The translations under genes were made by a program, and so were the position numbers. A stretch of DNA of 62,568 bases, filler included, from Choristocarpus tenellus KU-1152 (lineage: Eukaryota > Protista > Phaeophyceae), in NCBI GenBank assembly GCA_964200185.2. It is 8 parts of 8 records of this genome, joined end to end, with 100 filler letters (N's around TTAATTAATTAA, not from the genome) between each part and the next. Parts side by side here need not be neighbours in the genome. Positions count along the whole stretch, not along the records: positions 51,472 to 59,574 come from CAXNAD020005143.1; positions 59,675 to 62,568 come from CAXNAD020023844.1; 6 more parts are not named here. One strand, given 5' to 3'. Under the pieces are notes generated by a model that was not told the DNA's origin, searched no databases, and saw only the letters and a program-made list of their open reading frames with translations. Positions 52,182 through 62,568 of this stretch are shown piece by piece (the stretch's first letter is position 1; each line of letters opens with the position of its first letter).

Positions 52182-52544
52182 GAAACCAATACGTCGGTGG
52201 ATATTATCTTTAGTCGGTCATCATTGATATACACATCTGCAACTAACCAGAATTATAAAGCAGTAGGCCCTGCAGGTCATATTAGCCCACAGCAGTTGAA
52301 AATTGAGCGAGTCCATCGGCAACTCCAGCACACTAAATACTGGCACTGAGCTATAGTGCAGTTGTCCTGCACCTTTGTTCCATTTCAAGAAGAGTATAAT
52401 AAAACAAAAGTATGTAACATACTGGATATGTTGTGCTACGGCATTCTTCGAGCTTCACACTGGTCTCTGTGCACTGTACATTTGCTCTCACAAGGTTACA
52501 AACTACTCTTGTGCTGGCCAATGTGAAGTGCTAAATGAGCTTGG

Positions 52545-55500
52545 TTAGCTCCTTGAGTTCTGGCAAGCTGTAGGTGTGGCACATGGGGATCGTTGAGAAT
52601 GAAGGGTTTGGAGGCCTCTCATAGCGTCCAGGGCAAGGTTAGCCCGGTTAACCAGAATAAAATTCCCCCTAAAACAATTGACAGCTCTTGTCAATGCCTG
52701 TGCAACATTTTCATATTGCATCTCCCACAAGTGAAGAGGCTCGTCACAAGGTAGGATGACAGGTTTCATCGTTCCCTGTCCCTTATTGAAGACCCTGCCC
52801 ACACCACCATCATTGCTGCTCAAGAGTGAACAAGTAGTTAGGCAAGCAGCTTCTATAACGTCCTGGAATTTGGGGCACAGAATCAATGGGATTAGTAATA
52901 CTACCTAGTGCATCGAATGTGTGGAAAGGCAGCAATAACCAAGGTGATAGGGTGGATACAGGTATCAGTGATGAGGCTGCAAGGATCATGATTACTTGAT
53001 GCACACAAGTATATAACAATGTCAAGCAACCATGCTGGTTTGCAATAATGTTCTTCTGAATGAATCGTTTTTGTCCGTGTGGTAAGAAACCTGCTCCACC
53101 CACCTCATGCAAATCATGCTCACACAATACAGTCCCCAAAGCATTCCATATTCCAGCCTTGTATAGAGCAGCTCTGTTGCTGGTGTTTTCTGTGGCCAAG
53201 GCACTCGCTGCCAGGCAGCTCTAGATATTGGGCAGGAGAGATGCACACGAAATTTTCGAATAGTTCATCACTGGCATAAGCTAAAATGGGGATATTTGAA
53301 AGTGAGGGGGAGGGAAGGTGCAAAGAACAAGGGCAGGTTCGAGCATTTCCAAATCGACTTATTCATCATACGAACGAGCAGCATAGAGCTCCCATGCACA
53401 TATGGATCGTGAAAGGGATGATCAAGCGGCGATCCAAAGCAATTCAGAGAGTAGGAGTTCACCCTATTTATCCATTCAGGGCTTGGCTTCCCAAAGGTTT
53501 GTTACGCCCCTTTATCGGTTTTCTGTGAACACAATTCGCTACCCTGAAAAATTTTGGAGTAGGTAAAATGTAAACGACTATGAAAGGTGTTTCCAGAGCA
53601 AGGATATTGGCACTTGCTAACTACGTTATAGCCAAAATAATACCAAAATCACAACCTTAGATTTATGACCCTGAATGGACGCAGCCCTACCCGCTGAAAT
53701 TATTTAGATTGGCCCTCTCACTACCTACAAGACTCAAACTTGGTATTGAAGCTGCAACATATTTGATAGAAAGATGACTCAATTTTAGGTCATTTCTAGG
53801 TTGACAAGTAGTTTTGTTCCCAACAATGAGTACAACATTCAAGATAGCACAATTGAGAACAAGCAAGAAATAGATGCTTTCATACATAGCCACAACCCAA
53901 GTTATGCCCTTCTCAAAACTTACAATGGGAGTACATACAGCATAGAACCTGGCTCTGATACCAGTCACAACTATCCTCTGCTACCTGAGTTAATCAGTTC
54001 TAGACCTCCAGTACTGCAGACTACAAGACCAGACTTGATCCCCAGATGAAAGAGTTATAGATTTGCCATGCAAGTCCCCACAATTCCCACTGCCCACCTG
54101 CAATGCCACACATTTGCTGTTCTTTCCCAAACATGCTTGCATTGAAATCACCACTCTCCTGCACATCCCCGCCCCCCCAAGCATGGATTTGACCTCAGAG
54201 CTACACCCTATTGCTCCCCGTGAAGAGTCAGATGCATAGTATATATATTTTGCATTGGGCACATTATTTTTGCCACGTACCAAGTGCAGAGCATCGGTGG
54301 TTAGTATCAGAAGAAAAAAGTGGAATTTTCGACTTTTTCTTGAGAGCATGAGCACTAGAATTGTATTGTTTTAGCCCAAAGTATCCTAGAAGGCAGGGGG
54401 GGTTAGCCAGGTCGTCCACTTGGGGCATGATGGGGTGTTGTAAACAGCCCAGTTTGATCCCTGCTTTTGCTGGCGATTTTCCTTCGAATTTGGTCAAGGC
54501 AGTGGGGTGGACGGAATGTTGTCAAGATGAAGAAATTTACCCTGATATCTCACATGCTCACTCAAATAATGTGAAAATCACTACAGGGTCACAAGGCCCC
54601 TGAATAGACACCCGACCCCCTAAAGCTAAAGCATTGCTGAGGACATGCCAATACTTCAAAATTGAGTCATTTGTAAACAAGTGGGTGGAAGGGGTGTTGT
54701 TTGGAACTGCCTCCTGTTATCTTTCACCTCCAAGCTTCCACAAGGGTTCAGAACTAGCTACGTTTTGTAGCAGTTCTGCCTCTCCAAGGACGGTGTGACA
54801 TTTAGCTTCGACCAATACTAGAGTTCCATGATATTCTCCCCTTATTTATATCACCAAGTGTTTCCTAAAAAACAACTAACAAGTACCTACTTGTTCTTCT
54901 GAATATACTTGGATTAGTAGGAAAATGACATAGCCACCACGACAAGTGAAGGATTTCAAGAGAGCTGTATGATATTAAACCAAACTATAGTAGAGCCAGT
55001 GTAAACTTACGAGCGAGATTTCTCACAGCTGCCAGCCCCTGCTCCTGCACCTTCAGTTCTCCTTGATGGCGGTCTAGAGCCATCACAATAGCTTCAGGTA
55101 ATTCAGTGGTCAAGAAGGTTGTATCATTTGTATCTGTACTTTGTCGCCAAAGGTTTCTTAACATGGACAGTGCCACTGTCACCAACATCTGCTCGCCAAA
55201 ATCGGTTCTCACGTCACACTTTCCCTTGCTTCCACCTCCATTTGGCTCTACAGCTACAACATCTTCACCTATCACCTTGTTTACTCCATTGAGAACACAC
55301 ACCGCCCATTCAGTTGCTCCAGCCCTTGCCAAAGCCTTCTGGAGGTATGGATCTGCAGCGAGGTTTGCACTGGCGCAGAGTACATGAACCACCAACCTCA
55401 AGGGATGAAGGAGGTTGTTACGAACTTGGACCAGGTCATTACTACTTCGGGGAAGAAAATATCCAATTGCTGTTTTCAGCAGTGACACAATAGCTGCAGC

Positions 55501-58105
55501 ATTGTTCTCTTCAAAACCTCCATCCATAGCGGCTGGCCTGGTAACTTCTCCTGACATTGCCTCCAAACCTGACCAAGGCGCCAACCCCAATATAAAGTCT
55601 GCCTCCAAATTATACTTTCTCAGCCCCACCTCAACTAATTTTTTCCTATTGTGGGATTCTGCAGCAAGATTTGCCAATGCCAAGCAGGCACTGCTAGCCA
55701 AGGCGGAGTCCATGAAACCACTATGCTGGTCTTCAATGCAACCCCTTGCTGAAAACAGTTCAGATTGTTGGGACTCCATTCCCTGCCCACTTTCCGAGTT
55801 CATATCAAGACCCTTCACCACAACAGGTGTAGCTTGACATGATCGCTCTGGTAACACCGGGAACCTTTCAAGTGCCGGGACCTTGGACAGGACCTGGGCC
55901 TTGTTCAGAGCTATCACGGCGCCCTGGCATGCCCCAAGTCGACCAAGAAGCAAGCATGGAGTTGACCCACTGTGCATCCGATAGGATTAGCAAAGTTTCT
56001 GCGTGAGAATGGCTAGACGGTGTGTCATTTTTTTTGCATGGTTGTTTGTTACTAAAAAAGTAGTATTTGTGTGTACTTCAAAAGAACTGCTGTACTGCAG
56101 GTGTGTCGACAAGTCTAGATGAAGGCATGCTGAGAGATGACTATGTAGATGTCGTTTAGTGATACTTGACCACTCCAGCATTTTCACCACATTTGGTTGA
56201 CTAATCAATTTTGCATCTTTCCTGAAGAAAATTAATGTTTAGACAATCAAGGGTACATATTGCCTTCTACACTTAAAGGTCTTGTACATAGATCTCACGG
56301 CAGATTATTGCTCTATTTAGAATCTAGAGAGCAAGTGCAACTAATTGACTAAAATATCTTACTGGAGAAATCCCCATATGTCCTCTATTCCTGTATAGCC
56401 TCTCTGCCAAGTACTTACCTAGCAGCTAGAGCAGCCACAGCAAGGCAAGCTTCACGTGCTTCTTCTTCTCCCTGTTGTCCCATTTGCATGGCTTGCACCA
56501 GGGCCGAGGCCACAGTACTATCAACTCTCGCTCCCATACTACTTCCCTCTCTACAAGATCCTGACCATCCTTGTAACGCCATGACTGAAGCGGGAGGTCT
56601 TTCTTCACCACACAACAGGATGCGAAGTACCCTGAACCACCTCCTCCTTCTAGGACATCTCTTGGCCTCTGTCCTGGAAACTTTACCCCGATCTTCAGCT
56701 TGGATTGGCTGTGAAACACCAAGGGCAATGACCTGTTGTTGGATGATTTGCAATAAGATTAGAAGCGATGGGTAATATTGGTAATAGATGAGTTGGGGTA
56801 AGTGGAGTAGGACAGTGTGTTTAGAATGGTAGCCAGAGATGTCATGTGGGAGGTCTTTGTGGTTGAGAGGCCGGGCTATTCTTCGAATACCAAGTTTGGG
56901 ACAATGTAGAACTTAACATATTTCATAAAGGCATGGAGCCCAATACTCCATGTTTGAATACCATTTGCGTGCATTCTCTCTTTTTTATCAAAGGTGAGAC
57001 AGCCGTGGGGAAGCCATCTATATTTAGTAAAAAAGTCAGTCAGCTTTGAACTTCTATCACACTTGTAACCTATTCCACTCCCTCACTAACACTGGGTCTT
57101 TGTTATCACCTGCGGAGTATTGTCCTTGCAAAGGGCTAGCCTTGCTTCATTGAGCTCAGTTAATTTTTCCATAACTGCACAGGCGAGCTCCTGAGGGGAA
57201 ACTCACCAGAAAAATGCAAAGGCAAACAACACAAGAAGGGGGCGTAGATCAAGCCCTGGAGCATGAGATCATTAGGAATATTTGGCTAATATTTGGGTCC
57301 CAAATCAACTGGATCTACACTGTTGACCGACACCTACAAGAAGGAGCCTTAGAACTCAATGTATGTTCGAAAGGAAGCTATGAACGAGTATCCTCTTCCA
57401 TCCACTCAAAAAACAAATAACCGGCATGAAGTGCTGACTTCTAATGCCTGCACTACTTGTCTAGGGCTCAATAGATATCAGAGAACAGACCTCCAACACT
57501 AGAGATTCATTGAACTTGCACAAATCGGCCTAGTTTGAAACCCAAGCCAAGTGCCATTCTGAAGGTCTCGCTTCCTGTTGCCTGTTTTCCAGTCATGGAC
57601 ATGACTACAACATGGACTCATTGCAATTTGTGTATTGATGAGATAATAATATCATAGTCAAGAATGTACTTCTTGCCTGTATATCAACAGCATTTTAATG
57701 CTTGACCGTTAAAATGCCAGACACAACAGTAAAGCATTTACCTTATCAACAAAAAAAATTGCAGCAAACATGCAAGGCGCCTAAATGAGGGAAATATTTC
57801 GACCCAACTTGAGATAGAAAGATTGAGAATCGAGCAAAGAAACCTTGGAGTGGCAACAGTCCCAGGTGTACCGATAGTGATTTCCGTACCATGACATGCC
57901 TTTGACCTGCGAGTAAAACAACCAGGTATGACTTGTTGGACCCCTTCTACAAGCCATGCTACTCACTCACCTCCACTTCTTCCCACTGCCCATCACAGGA
58001 GAAACGAAGCACCTCCTCGAGGACCTGGCACACTCCTGCGGAGACTAGGCGAATCTTGTTGGAATCCAAGGCAGCAAGATTAAATACTGCTCTCAGTGAT
58101 TCTAT
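52545..58105 (-). CDS. Armadillo-repeat protein, multi-exon, 5' end missing (exons incl. 57971-58105, 57110-57190, 56419-56732, 55011-55969, ~54000-54240, ~53104-53220, 52545-52863)
   Basis: ARM-like units ESLRAVFNLAALDSNKIRLVSAGVCQVL; SACLALANLAAESHNRKKLVEVG; VQEQGLAAVRNLA; SCLAASALATENTSNRAALYKAG. GT-AG junctions were phase-consistent where checked. Confidence 0.85.
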
Positions 58106-58269
58106 CTGCTCATAACAATCCCAAAGTATCATGATGGTAGAAAGTGTATCAAGAGCCCAAGTAATCGTGAACAGAGAGGGAGGACTGAACCCCTTTGGGC
58201 TTAAAATGCAAAAATGCAAGCGTTCAGCAAAAAAATGAGCACTGTGTATGGTAATCTTACAGTTTTGTA

Positions 58270-59150
58270 CTCACAATCCATAACCCCAAATCTTAAATTC
58301 CCTCAGGTGGAACAAGGCTCCATGCCTCATGCAGAAAACACATTTCACCTCTAGATATGGTGATTGCCTTCGTAAAGGAACAAACAGGTTGTGTCTCATG
58401 TGCAAGGTGAGGAGAGACCTGTCTACTATGCTACAGCCTAATGCTGTGCAATGTCTTTCAATAGGCTGGGCTAGATTGAGGAAAGAGAAAATGGCACAAC
58501 ACAATGTGCTGGTGCGGCGCTCCTGAGGGTATAATCCCTGTAGCCTAGAATTGTCAATGTACATCAGCCCCTTGTACCTGCAGCCCAGTGTCATGTGTAG
58601 CAGCCAAGGCCGTTTGACAAACTCCCTCGCATCCACCCTCTTCAGCAATGAGTTTCGTCAGAATGCCTGAGCTCTTTGCCATGTAAGTGATCATGCAACA
58701 TGCCTGAGCTTTTGGCCATCCAAGGATGTGAGTAGCAAGGTAGCAGGTGGGGCAATGACTAAGTATTGCTGGCAGTGTTGAGGCCCATTTCTCTGGAAAA
58801 CAGAATATCATGGTTCTTAGTCGACACTTCTATCTCAGAGTGTGCAAGGATTCATTTCTTTCAAAGTTGGAACAAATGGCAAAATCTGGTCCCACCTGGA
58901 AGGGAATACTTGTGTCTCCAGAAAAAGCTGACAGCATGCCCACTATGGACCGGCACAGGCCTTGTCCTGATGCTGCTATAGCCACCTCCAGGGGGGTATG
59001 CCCAAATGCACCTAAGTGGAGGTTTGAAAAGGGGGGGCTCTTCATTTGTGCCCTTGCTGTATCTCGTTTCCCTCCATACTATCGAACCATGACTGCTGCC
59101 ACCTTAGTCATCCATGCCAGGGACTTGATTGGCAATCCTCACATTGTACG
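58270..59150 (-). mobile_element. Decayed LINE (RTE-like) reverse-transcriptase C-terminal region
   Basis: Broken frames resemble the F.Y.G...EI..R and LL.GC.TW...H...LR..LG region of RTE ORF2; many stops. Confidence 0.35.
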
Positions 59151-59989
59151 GTCAGGTTGATACAATGCAAGCATTTGTGAATGTTTGTTCAACAGTTGAT
59201 ATACACAAAAGAAGCATTTATTGATGCAAAACCTGTAGACCTTGCTGGGAGTGACATGCTGGACGGTCTTATGCATCACAAACCAACCTCATGTAGTTTG
59301 AAAAAATTGAACACAAATCAATAGCAGTGTAATTGCTTTGATTCTATCTCTGTTGCATCATCAGTGTAACAGGACGTTCGCATCTATGGGCAGAGAATTA
59401 TAATATTTTTGCTTGCGGTAGCACTAAGTCCAACCTGTCCCCAACATGCAACCATTGAGATACCACAAATTACACAAGATTATATCAAACAACCCCTTCT
59501 TCTGACCCAAAGTATCTGGGAGGGAGGGAGGGGTCTACACCAGGGTGTCCATTTGGACCAAAATCAGGAAAAGTNNNNNNNNNNNNNNNNNNNNNNNNNN
59601 NNNNNNNNNNNNNNNNNNTTAATTAATTAANNNNNNNNNNNNNNNNNNNNNNNNNNNNNNNNNNNNNNNNNNNNCCCCCCCCCAGATACTTTGAGCCAGA
59701 GAGACCCAGTATGAATGTCGAGAGGCTTGGCGGAAAGTAGGAAGGACTGGGTGCACTTGGGGCAAGAGGTGAACTGTGAACTAGATATAGACATCAAACC
59801 AAATAAGAGGTCAAACTTGAGTGGGGCAGCTGTCTTCTAGTTCAAAGGCATGTTATGGGAGTTGATGATTGGAGGTTCTTAGATGAATGTGGAATGTTGT
59901 AGAGTGGTGTAGAGGAATAACGAATGTATTATTTTCACCTGACACGACTATGTTGCCCCCTGGGGAAACAAAACATAAAATGCCTTGTG

Positions 59990-61350
59990 TTGTTGTACAG
60001 GTCATACTAGCTTTGACATTTACAAAAGAACAATGCGTCCATAATCAACTTGTTCCCAAAGAACTCCATAATCTTGTCCTACATGGTATACATGATCACA
60101 AAGTTTCTGGTCATGTTGATTTCAAATATTATATTGACAGCATTCACGACTGGTTTTGGTGGTCGACCCTTCACAAGGATGCTAATTTCTGGTGTGATTA
60201 TTCTCAAGCATGTCAATAATGTAAACAGTGACATTGGCCAGAAACATTTCCCGTAGGTCATTCGCCAGTGCATAGACCATTTCAATGTCTTGTAATTGAC
60301 ACTTGTGAAGCACAAAGTACCGTCCAAAGTTTTAAACAAGTGCTGTCTGCTATGGATCATTTGACTTGTTTTGCCGTTTCTGACAGGTTTATCAGATAAG
60401 CAAGAACGATCAGTTGCCAAAGCACTAGTAAATCGAATAATCTCAGCTCCTGTCCCATCAGAGACATTACACTCAGATCAAGGACCAGAATTTGAGAGTA
60501 AGCATTTACATGAATTGTAGCGTGTATATGCAGCTGTGAAGACCAAATCAACCCCATACAAGCCACAGGCTAATGTTGTGTTCGAACGCATCCACTTAAC
60601 TATGCATGTGGTGTCTATGTATTCTAGGATGGGCCAGGATAATTGGGTGGAGCTAATACTGTTTATCCAACTAACGTGTAAGACAGCACACAATGCCACT
60701 ATTCAAGAAACACCTTTTTTCGTAACTGGACATCGTCAACTCCTGCCTATAGATATGACACTAGGAGTCCCTGAAGCTATACCTGTATGAGCTGAAGATT
60801 ACGCTTCTAGTACCATACATCAGTTACAATTTGCCCCTGAGTTAGCCTGCGGTAACCTCCATGAAAGCAAGTCAGTGAATACTGATTTGTCATTTACTAA
60901 GTATGAACCAGGAACATTAGTATGGTTACACAAGCTTCACATCAACTCAGACGATCCTTACCCCAAACTCCTCAGTCCTTGGAGAGGTCCTTATCAAGTC
61001 ATGTCTCAAGTTACACCTGTTGTATACCGTGTTAACAGAGCTCAGGATCGTCTCGAAGTAACTGTTCATCTTGCCCATTTAAAACCTTTTATCACACCTA
61101 ATGAAACGAAGTCAGATGCAGCAGAGTTGAACTCCTTGTTCATGGGTAGAGTGTTACCTGGACCAGATATTACTCAAGGAGAAGTTTACCAGCCTGTACT
61201 GGAAGTGGAAGTCTACTTTGTTGAGGGCATTGTAGCACATAAGGAGGGACCAGGCTGCCATTAGATGAGGCTACGTGGTTCACCACTCCAAGTGACCGTG
61301 GAAAGAGCTCAAGAGGTACCTCAACATGCCATTATGATAGCAAAGTATCA
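59990..61350 (+). mobile_element. Ty3/Gypsy (chromovirus-like) integrase + chromodomain pseudogene
   Basis: HDHKVSGH...WFWW...CQ (HHCC zinc), MDHLT, LHSDQGPEFES, PYKPQANVVFER (DDE), ETPFF, PKLLSPWRGPYQV..VVYRV..VHLAHLKPF (GPY/F), then YFVEGIVAHK (chromodomain start). Frameshifts and stops present. Confidence 0.9.
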
Positions 61351-62568
61351 AGAGTGTGTTCTCCTATGCTAATGTCCACACACAAAGCTGATGAGACCCC
61401 CGCTTTGGCTTCAACTATGCATGTAACTCATGTTAGACTTAATTGCCTCCCTCAGTTCCAGCTGTCGTAGTAGCCTCTTGTTGATAATCTCATGTTTTCT
61501 GGTAAGCGGGTCATCATTAACAACTCTCATTGACTGGGTTGTATTGTGAACAGCTCCAATTCAAGCATCAGAGCTGACCTGGACCTGTTGAGTGTCTTTT
61601 CAGTTCAGGTTTATCCACATGCACCTTGTTCTTACAGTTGCACACACTGTCTTGAGGGTGCCTTGACTGTCCAGCTCGATAGATCTCACTTTTTCTCCTT
61701 CCCCATGATCTTGTTCATGTCCATCTCACTGCTATTCCATCAGCACAACTTGGTGGATGTAGTTGCTACCCACAATCAGAGAGAGATCTGAGTCATTGAT
61801 AACTATCTACTTATTAATACTTTCTTGAAGTCAGTTTCCGTACATTAGTATGTTTATAGTACCTATGGAAAGAGATGCATGTTCTTGATTTCTTGGCACC
61901 GTGGTCCTTAGAGCACTAATAGTGGGAATTGAAACTCAAGCTATGCAAAACATACATTGACAAGTCAATTCGATAAATTTAGAAGGAGTTATGCTGATAC
62001 AATCGTACATAGAAGTATATACCCACCGTATCAGTGTGAACTATGTATGACAAAATCTGGTCCCAAAGAAACAATGACCACACCTGCCTCACTATTTTTC
62101 TCCTCTCACCCAATGGAAAAGATGGTAGCAGCTCAGTCCATGGTTTCGATGTGACGATGAAGCAAACTGTCCATGGCGTTTTGTAATACCTACACATGCT
62201 GCCAATCTCTGACATATTTGCCACCAGGAATGGTTGGGAATCTCCTGGACAGTTACGTGATATTCCCAAGAAAAAAGTCCCACGTAACCCCCCCCCCCCA
62301 TCCAAACAACTTGAGTCCCCTTCCCACATCATCCACCTTTGCCCCTCTCACCTTGAAGCTTTTTCGGTAAAAGAGAGTTAACCATCGTCTGAGCTGTAGG
62401 ACGTACACGCTCTTGCCCACATGGGCTTTGAACAGATCCATTTTTCTGTTTTTCGGATCTTTACCGAAGTAATTTTTGGCATTGCAACTGGTTGTTCAAG
62501 TCAGCAAAGCCAACCCGCAGAGCATGGTGGTGGTGGCAGGTGGATGCAAAGTGGGGGGGGGAGGGGGG

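Noticed and set aside
55106-55837. Plus-strand ORFs 55106-55387 and 55415-55837
   Set aside because: Antisense shadows of the long ARM-repeat exon.
2505-58105. Functional gene cluster (ABCD, CruP, kinase, CAP, sulfotransferase, ARM)
   Set aside because: The genes are on separate concatenated contigs; only CruP and the kinase share a scaffold, with no evident functional link.

Overview
Eukaryotic draft-assembly sequence: intron-rich and transposon-dense, from a photosynthetic organism (a CruP-type carotenoid gene is present; a stramenopile/brown-alga-like source is inference only). The window is not contiguous. Eight contigs are concatenated with artificial N-TTAATTAATTAA-N spacers, so gene neighbourhoods across joins mean nothing. 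Spliced genes rebuilt by hand from GT-AG junctions: the 3' end of a peroxisomal ABCD transporter (-), a coiled-coil protein with a C-x2-C-x-R-P motif (+), the 3' part of a CruP lycopene-cyclase paralogue (+), a coiled-coil protein kinase with an atypical Gly-loop and a frame puzzle (+), a complete 7-exon secreted CAP/PR-1 protein (-), a sulfotransferase-like probable pseudogene (+) and an Armadillo-repeat protein (-). Mobile DNA includes about 20 MITE copies in several families sharing an AAAGTATCT terminal core with 3-bp TSDs, and a CRE-like (RLE) non-LTR retrotransposon in three copies plus a 3' stem-loop stub. There are also RTE-like LINE fossils, a chromodomain Ty3/Gypsy fossil, pogo-like and Sola2-like transposase fossils, and an unexplained array of about 14 degenerate ~130-bp units. 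No CRISPR array, rRNA or tRNA was found. I cannot show a wholly new system; the best candidates for novelty are the MITE group, the CRE-like element's 3' hairpin, the 130-bp array and the atypical kinase.
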